62,036 nucleotides of DNA from a virus (lineage: Duplodnaviria > Caudoviricetes): positions 1 to 62,036 of IMG/VR virus record IMGVR_UViG_3300042889_000724; one strand, written 5' to 3'. Of the stretch, positions 25,938 through 37,568 are shown one piece after another. Positions within the stretch are counted from its first letter, which is position 1; every line of letters starts with the position of its first letter. The notes below the pieces were generated by a model, which was not told the origin of the DNA, did no database searches, and saw only the letters and a program-made list of their open reading frames with translations. Both the position numbers and the translations under genes were made by a program.

Positions 25938-26975
25938 ATGGCAATGGACAATATTACATCTAACAATAATGCAAACTTTTATTGGTGGTTTGGGGTGGTT
26001 GAGGATCGAAACGATCCGCTGCGTTTAGGTAGGTGTCGAGTAAGAATTATTGGGTATCACACTGAAGATAACGAAGTACTTCCATCAGAAGATCTTCCAT
26101 GGGCAATTCCTGTGATGCCTGCAAACTCAGCGGGAAGTTCTGGAGTTGGTTGGTCACCAACAGGCGCAGTAGAAGGTTCTTGGGTTGTTGGGTTTTTTGC
26201 TGACGGTGAAAACGGGCAACACCCCATGTTTTTCGGTACAGTCGGTTCAATTCCTGGAGGACTGGCATCTGCAGATTGTGCACCATCCGAGGGATCTGGA
26301 TCTTCTGGTGATTCTGCAACAGGTAGCGGGAATTCTGATTCTGGTGGCGATATCGGTGATGTGGTGCAACCAAGTGGTAATGCAAAAGATCTGGAATCTT
26401 ACTTGGAATCATGGTTGGATATTAATGGTAAAAAAATAAAGGGGTATACTCCAATCGCCAAAGCTATGATCATGGCGCAATGCGCTCACGAATCTGGTGG
26501 ATTCACGAAAATGACTGAAGTCGGTAGTGACGAATATTTTATTTCTGGTCTCAATCGTGGGAAAAAAGTACATAGCGGTTATGATATTAACAGTCAATTT
26601 GCAGACGGTAGGCAAAGAGCAAAACAAAATGGTAATACAAAACCAGGAGATGGTAAGAAATATCGCGGAAGAGGGTTTTTAGGTCTTACATGGAAGAACA
26701 GTTATAGAAACTGTGGAGATTACATCAAGAAACCGTTGGTTGAAAATCCAGACTTAGCATCAACTAAAGAGGTTGCAGCGGAAATATTGATTTGGTATTT
26801 TAATACACAAAGACCGAAGATTGGTAAAAATAATCAGTGGAGTGATGTCCTAGAAGTTAGTATGGCAATAAATGGATATATTAGTAAAGAACGAGTAGCA
26901 GAGGGGAAGAGACCTCTTGGGTTTGAAGACAGAAAAAAAAGATTCGCATTCTACAGAAATAAGTACAAAGTCTAA
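25938..26975 (+). CDS. gp5 N-terminal OB-fold fused to a GH19-type muramidase/chitinase domain
   Basis: WWFGVVEDRNDPLRLGRCRVRIIGYH..LPWA..VVGFFADG; MAQCAHESGGF..DGKKYRGRGFLGLTWKNSY..AING. Confidence 0.85.
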   Translation: MAMDNITSNNNANFYWWFGVVEDRNDPLRLGRCRVRIIGYHTEDNEVLPSEDLPWAIPVMPANSAGSSGVGWSPTGAVEGSWVVGFFADGENGQHPMFFGTVGSIPGGLASADCAPSEGSGSSGDSATGSGNSDSGGDIGDVVQPSGNAKDLESYLESWLDINGKKIKGYTPIAKAMIMAQCAHESGGFTKMTEVGSDEYFISGLNRGKKVHSGYDINSQFADGRQRAKQNGNTKPGDGKKYRGRGFLGLTWKNSYRNCGDYIKKPLVENPDLASTKEVAAEILIWYFNTQRPKIGKNNQWSDVLEVSMAINGYISKERVAEGKRPLGFEDRKKRFAFYRNKYKV

Positions 26976-26985
26976 GGTATAACTA

Positions 26986-29900
26986 ATGAAAAAACCTGAT
27001 CCATTTACACCGTATTTTACGACAGTTGATACAATCAACATGGGCGAAGAAGAAACTATCGGTTCTCTGACTCGCGATGATGTAGTTACGCTTTTGAAAG
27101 AAATTCAAAAAGCGATGACTTTACAATACTATAAGAAAGTTTATAATTTTGGACAAACGTCTCCTGGACCTGGATACAATTTATTAGAAGTAAAGGGTGG
27201 TCAACTAACAGAAACTGGTGATCAATGGAAATTTACTGTTGTTCATGCGGATGGTGAGTATGGTGTTTATAAACTTGGCGTAACGCAACTTATTGATGCT
27301 GGAATATTCGGTAGCGATTTGAATAACTGGATCAGCAATAATCTACCAAATATTCCTGTTCCGTCGAAGGGTAACGAGGAATATGAAAGTTGGTATAGTC
27401 GATTCGTGAAGTACAACAGGTCTAAGCAAACAAGAATAATTGAAGCACCTGTTAATGCCCGAAATAATGCATTATACTACATGTTAATTTATCCAATTAA
27501 TGGTGGTGATCCCAGATTTAATGTTTCTGTGCACCCGCAGTTAGCAACGAAAAATTCAGATGGTGCTTTGACAGACCACGGCGACATGCATGGAGGATTC
27601 ATAGAAAATCCATTTTTGCAAGATCTCGCTGCTTCAAATCTACTAAAGTTTACATATCAATTATTACTGACATCTCGTGCAATAAATGAATCGGTTGATA
27701 AGAAAACTCTTGCTGGTGCATTGGCATTATCACTGTGCTGGGATATTGACTCCACGCAAAATTATTTACGAGGAAATATCAAGACAGATACAAGTGGTGT
27801 ATCTGCGAAGTATTGGTTCGATGTGGGGTACAATGCTGTTGCGCTACCCGCAGAAAAGGTTGCAACACCTGGACCAATTCCTGGTACTACCAGTATAGTC
27901 AAGGATGAAGAAGTAACACCTCCTCCCGCAGTTGAACCAGAAACACCTGCTGGACAAACTACTGTTGAAACTGTAAAAACATCTAATTCCCCAGTAGAGG
28001 CAAAAGAAGTTCCTAAGAAAATTGTTAAGACAATTAATAATGGAACGATCACATATGAATTAACTTCCAATGGAACTATTTCTGCTAAAGTCGTTACTTC
28101 CGTAAAGAAAACTGCTAGTGTCGTTGATTCTTCTGGTTTTACTACATCAGTAACAAATCCATTCAGATTTATTCAGAATGGTATTTTAACTACATTAGAA
28201 CAACTTGGTGCAGAAACTTTTAAACTTTCTGTTGTAGATAAGGTTGAGAATGGAAGAGTTTTATTTGAAGGATCAGATGCAAATTCTGCAACTCTTGCTT
28301 CTAATGCAGCATCTAAACTTAATCAAATAAAAGCAGCAGAACGTGATTCTCTACATGGTAGAGGATCTGGCGGAACTTGGTTACTTGCTATTGAAACTGT
28401 AGTGGAATGGTTACCCAACACATATCCAAGTATTATCACAGCACTAACACAGTTAAAAACTAATGATGCTAATGCTAAAACTGATGATGTTGAAAGCAAT
28501 AAAACAATTGCTTTCGACGATCCTGCTGATGTAGAAACTCTTATTAAGCAACTTGATGCTAAAGCGCAAGAAGCAGATAGATCTAGATTGACATTTACAT
28601 ATGAAGCATGTGTATCAGCGAAGAATGAAATTCTAACAAACTTTACTACAGATACGCAAACTATTTCTTCCGCGATTTCACAAGCAACAGAAACTTCTGC
28701 TGATGGAAGTTCTACATCATCAGTGTCGACTGTTCAATCATCTGGTGCGGTAACAACTGTTACTACAACAACAGATGCAGATGGAACAGTAACACAAACT
28801 AAGACAGTAGAAAAGGTAGATGCTCCATTAAAGGATTCTTCCCAGAATACTCTAGATAATGGTATCGAACACAATACAAGATCAGCAGAACCTACTTCCC
28901 AAATAAATTCTCCAACTGCAAATGCTCTTCCGACACACGAGGGAACTAATGTAGAAAAACCAATTGAGAAAGGTTTTGCAGATCCAAATAAATCATATCC
29001 TAAACCAGACTATGTAAACAAACCAGATACCAATAGTCTGGCGCTTGGCGTTAATTCTAAAAATATTAACCCAGACCCAAGAACATCTGCAGGTGATAAA
29101 TCATCGCAGTCATTAGGTTCTTCTCCAGCAGCAAGAAACGCATCGAGAAAACGTGCGGTAAAGATGGCAGGTCGGTCTGGATCTACGTGGGAACAACCAG
29201 CAACTCCTTACGCTGCAAAGTATCCGTTTAATAAAGTTTTTGCGGGTGAATCCGGACACGCATTAGAAATCGATGACACTCCTGGATTTGAGCGGTTAAA
29301 TATTGCCCACAGGTCAGGAACTTTTACAGAGACTGGACCTGATGGAACTCAAGTAAATAAAATTATTGGTAATGGGTATTCCATCATTGAAAAAGATGGT
29401 TTCGTTTTAATTGAAGGTAATGCTAACGTTCACATTGCAGGGCAATGTAATGTGTTCATTATGAATGACACTGCACTAACAATGCATGGTAAAGTCAGTC
29501 TTGACATCCACAATGATGTTAATGTCAACATTGGCGGGTCGCTTGGTCTTTCAGTACAAGATGGTATATATCTAAGAAACGAAGGTGATATTTCTGTTAA
29601 GAATGAAGGTAAGGTTGATGCTGAAATAACTGGCGCAGTCACTACTAAAACTGCAGGTAAATATAACCTGACAACAAATGCAGGGTTGAATCTGACATCC
29701 AAAGTTAATACGCATATCAAATCTGGTGGAGCATTCTTTAACCATTCAACTGGTAACATGAACCTATGTACTGATGCAGAAATTCTTGCTAAATCTACTG
29801 GTGATATCAACTTAAAAACTGCCGCGATGATCAATCAAGAATCAACAGGCAATGTTAATATTAAATCTGCTGCGATGATCAACCAAGAATCAACAGGCAA

Positions 29901-31041
29901 TGTTAACATTAAATCTGCTGGAACTATTAATGCAGAAAGCACAGGAAACATCAGTTTGAAGGCGCCACTGGTTACGTCTTCGCCTATTGATACTGCAACT
30001 CTTGATGTAACAACAGCAAATATTACTACATTGAATGCAGGAACTACAAACCTGAAGGGAACACATAATAGTCCAGATGATACTACCGATATAAAGGGCA
30101 ATACCACTGCATCTATCACAGTTCCTGCGTCTGCTGGTTCTGCTGGATCCGCTGAAGATGCAATCTGTGCAGTATCTGCGAAACTTCCAGTAACATATGA
30201 ATTAGAAAAACCTGTATCCGTATCTGCACCACAACCTGTGGAACGCACCACCAATGATGTTGCTACTGGTTATGATGGTGAAAATGATATTATGAATTCC
30301 GATGGCGATGACACTCCTCCAGCAGAAGGCGATAATCCAGATTGCGTTAATACGGATGGCGATCCGTCAACCCCAGGAAATGATACTACTTCGCCCGATA
30401 CTGGTGACCCAGAAACATCAACTGGAATGATTCCGGATAAATCTGGTGTTGCAACTAAATCGTGTAATACAGTTATACTCGGAGGCAAATCGGTGCAATT
30501 AACACCATTAGTTGGAAAGTATGATGGTAATCTGCAACTGTCGCCCAATTTCAAACTTAAAGACCTCTGTGTGTTTCCAAGTAATGGATGTCCAGATGGG
30601 TGGAAGGGATTGCGCAAATCTCCATGGGGCCACACGACTGCAGACATTATCAACAACTTGCGTTGTCTGTGCGTAAACATACTTGAACCAACACAAGAAA
30701 AATGGGGTAAAATTAGACTTTCTTGTGGTTATAGAAGTCAACATCCAACTAAGGGTGGTAACGACAAGGGTGCCCATGGTTATGGTGCTGCGGCCGATAT
30801 CGAGGGAATTGGTGGTAGAAGCAAGAAAGAATTTATTAAAATCGCCAAATGGATCACCGAAAATTGTAAACACGATCAAATCTTACTCGAGTTTACACCA
30901 GGAAAATCTGGTAGCGGGTGGATACATGTAGGTTGGGTTTATAAAGATGGAAAACAACGTGCTGGGATGAGTGGAACTATGGTTGGACCAACTGGTAAGT
31001 ATATATCGAAAGGATATTTCAAACAACTTCCGACCGTCTAA
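26986..31041 (+). CDS. gp5 C-terminal part: beta-helix needle plus C-terminal M15-type peptidase; possible lysozyme-like N-terminal region
   Basis: YPFNKV..ESGHALEIDDTPGFERL...HRSGTF.E; 8-periodic repeats; LSPNF.L..CGYRS..HGYGAAADI..WIHV. Confidence 0.8.
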   Translation: MKKPDPFTPYFTTVDTINMGEEETIGSLTRDDVVTLLKEIQKAMTLQYYKKVYNFGQTSPGPGYNLLEVKGGQLTETGDQWKFTVVHADGEYGVYKLGVTQLIDAGIFGSDLNNWISNNLPNIPVPSKGNEEYESWYSRFVKYNRSKQTRIIEAPVNARNNALYYMLIYPINGGDPRFNVSVHPQLATKNSDGALTDHGDMHGGFIENPFLQDLAASNLLKFTYQLLLTSRAINESVDKKTLAGALALSLCWDIDSTQNYLRGNIKTDTSGVSAKYWFDVGYNAVALPAEKVATPGPIPGTTSIVKDEEVTPPPAVEPETPAGQTTVETVKTSNSPVEAKEVPKKIVKTINNGTITYELTSNGTISAKVVTSVKKTASVVDSSGFTTSVTNPFRFIQNGILTTLEQLGAETFKLSVVDKVENGRVLFEGSDANSATLASNAASKLNQIKAAERDSLHGRGSGGTWLLAIETVVEWLPNTYPSIITALTQLKTNDANAKTDDVESNKTIAFDDPADVETLIKQLDAKAQEADRSRLTFTYEACVSAKNEILTNFTTDTQTISSAISQATETSADGSSTSSVSTVQSSGAVTTVTTTTDADGTVTQTKTVEKVDAPLKDSSQNTLDNGIEHNTRSAEPTSQINSPTANALPTHEGTNVEKPIEKGFADPNKSYPKPDYVNKPDTNSLALGVNSKNINPDPRTSAGDKSSQSLGSSPAARNASRKRAVKMAGRSGSTWEQPATPYAAKYPFNKVFAGESGHALEIDDTPGFERLNIAHRSGTFTETGPDGTQVNKIIGNGYSIIEKDGFVLIEGNANVHIAGQCNVFIMNDTALTMHGKVSLDIHNDVNVNIGGSLGLSVQDGIYLRNEGDISVKNEGKVDAEITGAVTTKTAGKYNLTTNAGLNLTSKVNTHIKSGGAFFNHSTGNMNLCTDAEILAKSTGDINLKTAAMINQESTGNVNIKSAAMINQESTGNVNIKSAGTINAESTGNISLKAPLVTSSPIDTATLDVTTANITTLNAGTTNLKGTHNSPDDTTDIKGNTTASITVPASAGSAGSAEDAICAVSAKLPVTYELEKPVSVSAPQPVERTTNDVATGYDGENDIMNSDGDDTPPAEGDNPDCVNTDGDPSTPGNDTTSPDTGDPETSTGMIPDKSGVATKSCNTVILGGKSVQLTPLVGKYDGNLQLSPNFKLKDLCVFPSNGCPDGWKGLRKSPWGHTTADIINNLRCLCVNILEPTQEKWGKIRLSCGYRSQHPTKGGNDKGAHGYGAAADIEGIGGRSKKEFIKIAKWITENCKHDQILLEFTPGKSGSGWIHVGWVYKDGKQRAGMSGTMVGPTGKYISKGYFKQLPTV

Positions 31042-31049
31042 GAAGTTGA

Positions 31050-31057
31050 TATAAATA
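31050..31057 (+). promoter_or_regulatory. T4-type late promoter
   Basis: TATAAATA just before gp25. Confidence 0.65.
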
Positions 31058-31062
31058 ACTAT

Positions 31063-31461
31063 ATGGCAACAAAAACAGTAAACAGAATCTACTCGGATCT
31101 AGATTTATCCTTCGCAATGCATCCAATTACGGGTGACGTTGCGAGGAAGTTTGACGTCAATGCTGTAAAACAGGCACTGAAGGTTCTTGTTCTCACGAAC
31201 TTTTACGAAAGACCATTCCAACCCAAGATTGGTTCTCCGATCTATGGTATGATGTTTGAGAACGTTGATATTGTTACCGCCAATTCTTTGAAATTAAGAT
31301 TAGAACAATTAATCAGTAAGTATGAACCCAGAGTTAGATCGCAACAGATAGATGTTGTTCCTCTCTTTGATCAGAATGCATTTAATGTAACCATTTATTT
31401 CTATGTTGTCGGGGTCGTAGATCCCGTTTCATTTTCAACTGTTTTAAGAAGAAGTAGATAA
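31063..31461 (+). CDS. 25: Baseplate wedge subunit gp25
   Basis: YSDLDLSF..HP.TGD, AVKQ, TNFYERPFQP.IGS, YEPRV. Confidence 0.92.
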   Translation: MATKTVNRIYSDLDLSFAMHPITGDVARKFDVNAVKQALKVLVLTNFYERPFQPKIGSPIYGMMFENVDIVTANSLKLRLEQLISKYEPRVRSQQIDVVPLFDQNAFNVTIYFYVVGVVDPVSFSTVLRRSR

Positions 31462-31462
31462 G

Positions 31463-33361
31463 ATGACTCAACTTAATGTAACTGAATTAGATTTTGCAAC
31501 TATCAAGGAAAATCTAAAAACCTTCATGCAATCGCAAGAGGAGTTTCAAGACTACAACTTTGATGGCGCTGGTCTTACGATCCTTCTTGATATTCTTGCA
31601 TATAACACGCACTATAATGCAACTCTTGCGCATCTTCAAGCAAATGAAATGTTTATCGATAGTGCAGTCAAAAGAAACTCGGTTACTTCGATTGCGAAAA
31701 CATTAGGTTATACGCCGACTTCTAGAAAATCTGCTCGCGCCAATATCACACTGCAGATCGATCCACCTGCTACGTTTACCAATACAAGTTTAACTGTAAC
31801 ACGCGATACGCCGTTCACTGCAAAAACAGCAAAGAACACATATACTTTCTTCCCGAAAGAGGATTATGTTTCTGGACTAGTAACTCTTGAAACAGGTCAA
31901 ACAGGATTCACCTTCCCAATGGAACTGATTGAAGGTAAGCGAGTAACTAATACATTCATTGTTGATCAATCTAATAAATCTGGACCGTTTGTTTTACCGA
32001 ATAGTAACATTGACACTACTACTGTGAGAGTAAGAGTGCAGACATCATCTACAGTCACATCAGTTGTAACTTGGAATTTCTATGATGATATTGTAGAAGT
32101 CGATGGGACTACTAAAGCATTCTTCATTGAAGAAGGTCCATCGGGATTATATGAGATAAGATTTGGTGACGATATTATCGGTAAGCAATTGCAGGTCGGT
32201 AATATTGTTATCATTGATTATATCGTAAGTAGCGGATCAGCAGCGAATTCTATTCCTAACTTTTCACCATCAAAAACTTTCACTGCATCTGGGGAGACTA
32301 AAGTAGTCTATCTTGGATCCGCTGCAACTGGTGGTCGTGAAAAAGAAAGTGTTGACAGTATTCGTTACAATGCTCCCAGATTTAATTCTACTAAAAATCG
32401 TGTTGTTACTTCTTATGATTATGAGACATTGATCAGATCTAGATTTAATAATATCAATTCTATTGCTGTGTGGGGCGGCGAAGAAAATAATCCTCCGATC
32501 TATGGTAAAGTGTTTATCTCGATTCAACCACTACCTGGATCGATTGTCTCCCAAGCAGATAAGGACATTATCGCTAGAGATATTATTCGACCAAGAAGTG
32601 TTGTTTCTATCCAACCTGAATTCGTTGATCCAATCGAAACATATATCGGGTTGAACATTTCAGTAAACTATAATAAAACAATTACATCTTTAACCTCCTC
32701 AAGAATTGAGTCCGAGGTTAGGACAGTTGTGCAAAACTTCTTTACGAACAACGTTAACAAGTTACAAAAGAACTTCTATTATTCCAAGTTGCTTTCTGCT
32801 GTTGTTGGAACGACGCAGTCTATTTTTTCTGCCAGTATTCAAGTACTGATGCACAAACGAATTCCGATATTTACGGAGTTTACTGAGGATTACGTGGTAA
32901 GATTTAACGGACCATTGGAAATTGAAACATTAAGGACTACGACGTTCAATACAACTGTTGGAACACAGGAATACGTGGTATACATAACCGACCAACATGA
33001 TATAACAGTCGGCGATATTGGAACTCTTGTCATGAAACGTGCGTCGGATGATGTTATTGTTCTTTCCAATGTAGGAAATGTCGACTATACGACTGGTGTT
33101 GTTACTATTACCGATCTTCTTATTAATTCAGGGACAGAATCTACTATAGATAGCACTCTTAGAGTTTATGTTGAACCTTTTGGTGATGCACCAAACATTT
33201 TAACGACAGATCTAACATCTACTACTAACTCATCAACGGCAGCAGTTTTCCCATATGCTGCTAGAAATACTGTATTGACATTGGATACTAGCGCAGCAAA
33301 TTCAGCAACAAATATTCCTGTAGGACTGTCAGTTACGGCAGTTGCTAATTCACAAGAATAA
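31463..33361 (+). CDS. 6: Baseplate wedge subunit gp6
   Basis: ELDF..IK.NL, DYNFDG, LLDILAYNTHY, NEMFIDSA, LGYTP.S, FGD.I.G, VWGGEEN.PP.YGKVFI. Confidence 0.95.
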   Translation: MTQLNVTELDFATIKENLKTFMQSQEEFQDYNFDGAGLTILLDILAYNTHYNATLAHLQANEMFIDSAVKRNSVTSIAKTLGYTPTSRKSARANITLQIDPPATFTNTSLTVTRDTPFTAKTAKNTYTFFPKEDYVSGLVTLETGQTGFTFPMELIEGKRVTNTFIVDQSNKSGPFVLPNSNIDTTTVRVRVQTSSTVTSVVTWNFYDDIVEVDGTTKAFFIEEGPSGLYEIRFGDDIIGKQLQVGNIVIIDYIVSSGSAANSIPNFSPSKTFTASGETKVVYLGSAATGGREKESVDSIRYNAPRFNSTKNRVVTSYDYETLIRSRFNNINSIAVWGGEENNPPIYGKVFISIQPLPGSIVSQADKDIIARDIIRPRSVVSIQPEFVDPIETYIGLNISVNYNKTITSLTSSRIESEVRTVVQNFFTNNVNKLQKNFYYSKLLSAVVGTTQSIFSASIQVLMHKRIPIFTEFTEDYVVRFNGPLEIETLRTTTFNTTVGTQEYVVYITDQHDITVGDIGTLVMKRASDDVIVLSNVGNVDYTTGVVTITDLLINSGTESTIDSTLRVYVEPFGDAPNILTTDLTSTTNSSTAAVFPYAARNTVLTLDTSAANSATNIPVGLSVTAVANSQE

Positions 33362-33364
33362 TAA

Positions 33365-36300
33365 ATGACCGAAACCACCTCATATTATAAAAAGGTTACT
33401 AGTGTAACTGTCACTGATGGTGGATCAGGTTATACCTCTGCGCCAACAGTTACACTCAGCGGGAATGCAACAGCAACTGCTACAGTTTCTGGTGGTAAAG
33501 TTACTGCGATTACTTTAACGTCCGCTGGTTATAATTATCTTTCACCGCCAACAATTACATTTTCAGGTGGCAGTGGATCTGGTGCCACAGCAACTGCGAA
33601 CATGGTTTATATTGATGATGCCTATAATGGGTTCAAACAATCACTAAGTCATCTTATTGCAAACCAACTTCCAGATTTCGTCCGTGTTGAGTATCCTGTA
33701 TTCATTACGTTCCTAGAAAAATATTATGAGTTTTTAGATGAAGAAAATCAGGTAAACAATTTCCTTCTCAACTATGAGAAGAATTTTGATATTAACAGAA
33801 CACTTGATACATTCATCCCCAAGTTTAAGAACCAGTATGCGCAGAACTTTCCGCTTACTGCACAGATTGATGACAGAAGATTAATCAAATTCATCAAGCA
33901 GTTCTATGAAGCAAAAGGTTCTGAGAAGGCAATCGAACTTCTCTTTAGAATCTTATATAATGAACGCACAGAAATCGTTTATCCATCTGAACAGGTGCTT
34001 CGTGCATCTGATGGTATCTGGATTGAAGACATAACATTAAAACTTGCAGTCGATTCATCTATCACAGCAAATCCATTCGATCTAAACAGCAGAACAGCCA
34101 AAATTACATACTATGAGAATGTCTCATCAGTAACATATGAGCGACATGTTGAAACCAACATAAGCAATGTAACTAAATTCGCATATGTTTTCCCTGCTGT
34201 TTATGAGTTGGTAACAAGTCTACCTAAAACTGCAACAATTCGAGTTCCAGGCGCTGGTGCTGCTGCGAATGCTCTAGTTTCTGGTGGTGAAGTAAAGGCG
34301 ATAGTCGGAGAAACCAACAAGACATTTAGTAGTATTACAACAGCAGGAACTCTAGCAGCGACTGTTGCTACTTCTGGCGCTGCTGGTCAGTTTACTTGCG
34401 GCAACTCAACTCTAGCAGTTGGCGATCGCCTTACAATTACTGGCACACCTGGAGTTGCAACTCTGGCAGCAACTGTTGCTGTTTCCGGAACTGCTGGGCA
34501 GTTTACTTGTGGTGCATCAACACTTGCAGTCAATGATCTCGTAACGATCACTGGTACTAAAGGCGGTACTGCTACAATCACTGGTTATACGACAGGAACA
34601 ACATATAAGGTTTCTGCCGTAACTGGGACGTCGCCGAACGTTACTGGATTTACTCTAACTACTCAATCTAATGCTGCAATTGTAACTACTGCTGGTACGT
34701 TGACAGGTCTAACATATACGACCACAGGCACTATTACTGGATACACTACAGGAACCACATATAGAGTTTCTGCGGTAACTGGTACATCACCAAATGTTAC
34801 TGGATTTACGTTAACCACTCAATCTAATGTTCCCCTCGTAACTACTGCTGGTAAGTTAACAGGCTTGACGTATGCGACTGCAACAGGTATTAACTTAACG
34901 AGTAATACTATTACTGTTCCTTCTCATGGGTATACTACGGGTGATGTGGTTATCTATGACAAAAATGGTGGGACAATTGTAACTGGTCTTACCAATTATG
35001 GTGTATACTTCGTCATAGTAGTTGATGTTAATACAATCAAACTTGCTACGAGCGCAGGAAATGCTACACTTGGCACAGCAGTTGATCTTACCATTGTTGG
35101 TTCTGGAACACACAGACTGTATGCTCCTGTTATTGATAGTGGTAATGGTTATTTTGCAACACCTGCAGTACAATTCACTACGGACTTAGAGGGCGTAACA
35201 ACTGCAGTCGCTAGAACAATCCTTACAGATACTGGTGAAATATCACACGTAATAGTCACAAACGGCGGATCTGGATATTCAACAGCGCCTGCTGTTACGT
35301 TTTCCACAGAAGCAATACGAACTAAGGTTGAGATAGTTTCTGGAACTACGACAACCCTGTATGGGTATGTTGTTCGCCAACTTTCGACTGTCGATGTTAT
35401 TGATTGTTCCGGAACACCACCATGTGGATTTTCAGTCGGTGATATTTACTCGATCGATGAATCTGGATCAGTAGGTTCATATACAATTGATTTTGAAAAT
35501 GATGCCTCAGAATATTTCTTAAACAAGTATAATGAAACTGATTCTGGATTAAATCCATATACTCTTGTTGGTAGAGATAACAAGGCATCAATTCGTATAG
35601 ATGCGATTGATGTTGATGGTTGCCCTACTGCAGTTAGTATTTTCGATACAGGATTTGACTTCGAGCGCGAAACGTTCACGGTAGATATAGAATCACCACT
35701 TGGGTGTACTGCTACGCTGTCGTTTACCACAGGTGCTGTGAACGTCAAGACAGGTAGATTTAGAGACTCACGTGGTATGTTGTCGAATGTCAACAAACTA
35801 CAGGATAACTTCTACTACCAGAACTACTCATATGTAATTCGCTCAAATGTCCCATCCAATAAATGGTTGGATATTGTTAAGAATACTACTCACCCAGCAG
35901 GTACTGCTATCTTTGGTGAACTTACCATCGAGCAGACGGTTGACTTTAATCAATTCATTACAACACCAATACAACCTCTACATATCTATGAGTTTGTGCT
36001 TGAAGAACTTTCTGCGTCGGGTGGCATTACTCGTAATAACGAATTCTACTTCGCAGTGAACTTCATCAAAGTTCTTACTGACTCTGCAACAGTAGCAGAG
36101 GCAAATAGTAGTCATGTCTTTAAGGTATTGTCTGATGCTGCTACAGCAACAGATATAGCATCTCTCGATTTTACTGTTGGTATCTATGGAACCGAAGATG
36201 ATACCACAGAAACATTGGATGTGTTTGATCGTGTTGTCCAATATGTCAGAGAAGTAAACGAAACAACAATTACTGCTGAAAATGCAATTACTGATTTTGA

Positions 36301-37096
36301 TAAGGTGCTTGAAGAAACAATTTTCCTCCAAGATCCATATGCTGAAGATTTCTTTGATGAAAATTATGTTTCAGCAGATACTACTGAATTTGATTTCGCG
36401 AAGGTTCTTGCTGATGCAGCAACGGCTTCTGAAGCAAATGTATTTGCAGTTTCGAAAGTAATAACACCTTCTTATGTTACTCCGTTTGATAATGCCAGCG
36501 CACTTTATGGTACTACTTTTGAAATAACCAGTGGTGGCGGTCTTTATACTATGACTATTAGTATCAATAGCGAAGGTGTTATTACTATTGTTTCTGGGTT
36601 TGGAATGCCATTTGGTTATTATGTTTCCGTCGGAGGAACTACATTCGAACATATAGCAGGTGAAGATGCTGTTATTGCAACCGAATCGTTTGGTAGAACT
36701 GTAGAGTATTACAGAACGTTTGCAGAATCCGTAATATCTAATGAGTATGCCAATGCTGGTATCGAAAAACCTGAAACAGATGTAGCGACAGCAGCGGAAG
36801 CTTCAACCAACCATCTGTATAAATATTTGACTGATTCCGTTACATCAACTGATACCATTGGCGTAATTCCATATCTGGTTAAAACTGACAATGCAGGTGC
36901 TACTGAATTATTAATTGTTGCGAATGACTCTGCAACGATAGAATCTATCGCTGCGACTGAACAATCGCTTATAAATACACTTAAAGGACTATTCGAAACA
37001 GTAACAGTCACCGAAGATGGCATCGTCAATACCCAAGACTACGTTGATGGCGATTTCGGTTCGGATTATGTTGGTCAAGTAACTTATTTTAACTAA
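33365..37096 (+). CDS. Baseplate wedge gp7-like protein with inserted beta-rich domains
   Basis: [52 protein letters not shown]; lies between gp6 and gp8. Confidence 0.75.
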   Translation: MTETTSYYKKVTSVTVTDGGSGYTSAPTVTLSGNATATATVSGGKVTAITLTSAGYNYLSPPTITFSGGSGSGATATANMVYIDDAYNGFKQSLSHLIANQLPDFVRVEYPVFITFLEKYYEFLDEENQVNNFLLNYEKNFDINRTLDTFIPKFKNQYAQNFPLTAQIDDRRLIKFIKQFYEAKGSEKAIELLFRILYNERTEIVYPSEQVLRASDGIWIEDITLKLAVDSSITANPFDLNSRTAKITYYENVSSVTYERHVETNISNVTKFAYVFPAVYELVTSLPKTATIRVPGAGAAANALVSGGEVKAIVGETNKTFSSITTAGTLAATVATSGAAGQFTCGNSTLAVGDRLTITGTPGVATLAATVAVSGTAGQFTCGASTLAVNDLVTITGTKGGTATITGYTTGTTYKVSAVTGTSPNVTGFTLTTQSNAAIVTTAGTLTGLTYTTTGTITGYTTGTTYRVSAVTGTSPNVTGFTLTTQSNVPLVTTAGKLTGLTYATATGINLTSNTITVPSHGYTTGDVVIYDKNGGTIVTGLTNYGVYFVIVVDVNTIKLATSAGNATLGTAVDLTIVGSGTHRLYAPVIDSGNGYFATPAVQFTTDLEGVTTAVARTILTDTGEISHVIVTNGGSGYSTAPAVTFSTEAIRTKVEIVSGTTTTLYGYVVRQLSTVDVIDCSGTPPCGFSVGDIYSIDESGSVGSYTIDFENDASEYFLNKYNETDSGLNPYTLVGRDNKASIRIDAIDVDGCPTAVSIFDTGFDFERETFTVDIESPLGCTATLSFTTGAVNVKTGRFRDSRGMLSNVNKLQDNFYYQNYSYVIRSNVPSNKWLDIVKNTTHPAGTAIFGELTIEQTVDFNQFITTPIQPLHIYEFVLEELSASGGITRNNEFYFAVNFIKVLTDSATVAEANSSHVFKVLSDAATATDIASLDFTVGIYGTEDDTTETLDVFDRVVQYVREVNETTITAENAITDFDKVLEETIFLQDPYAEDFFDENYVSADTTEFDFAKVLADAATASEANVFAVSKVITPSYVTPFDNASALYGTTFEITSGGGLYTMTISINSEGVITIVSGFGMPFGYYVSVGGTTFEHIAGEDAVIATESFGRTVEYYRTFAESVISNEYANAGIEKPETDVATAAEASTNHLYKYLTDSVTSTDTIGVIPYLVKTDNAGATELLIVANDSATIESIAATEQSLINTLKGLFETVTVTEDGIVNTQDYVDGDFGSDYVGQVTYFN
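34346..34873 (+). repeat. Two copies of a ~86-aa domain, one nested inside the other; third copy at 44256-44516
   Basis: TLAATVA.SG.AGQFTCG...[25 protein letters not shown]...VTTAG.LTGLTY, with DNA-level similarity between copies. Confidence 0.85.
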
Positions 37097-37112
37097 GAAG
37101 AAGGTAAATCAA

Positions 37113-37562
37113 ATGAAACTAATCGAAAACGTAAAAGGTACTAAGGGCGAACTAAACATCGTTCTTCGCGACGAAGCAGGGAATGTCAAGCAAGAAGTGA
37201 CTGTTCCTAACCTTGTTGTTAACACTGGTCTTGCTTATATTGCTTCGCGCATGAAGGATACAACTCTTTCTGCTATGTCGCACATGGGTGTTGGATCGGG
37301 CACAACAAATCCAGCAGCAGGTGATACTGCTCTTGAAACTGCACTTGGTGCACGTGTTGCTCTGACTTCAACAACTGTAACAGCAAACGCAATTGAATAT
37401 GTTGCAACTTTTGGTGCAGGTTCAGGTACTGGTGCTGTTACTGAAGCAGGTATCTTCAATGCTCTTACCAGCGGAACAATGCTTTGCCGCACTGAATTTG
37501 CTGTCATCAACAAGGGTGCGTCAGACAGCATGACAATCACTTGGACGGTTACGATCTCGTAA
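37113..37562 (+). CDS. Putative virion structural protein
   Basis: NLVV..G, MGVGSG, TEAGIFNA..GTML, INK...D...ITW pattern typical of tail/baseplate accessory proteins. Confidence 0.6.
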   Translation: MKLIENVKGTKGELNIVLRDEAGNVKQEVTVPNLVVNTGLAYIASRMKDTTLSAMSHMGVGSGTTNPAAGDTALETALGARVALTSTTVTANAIEYVATFGAGSGTGAVTEAGIFNALTSGTMLCRTEFAVINKGASDSMTITWTVTIS

Positions 37563-37568
37563 TATAAC

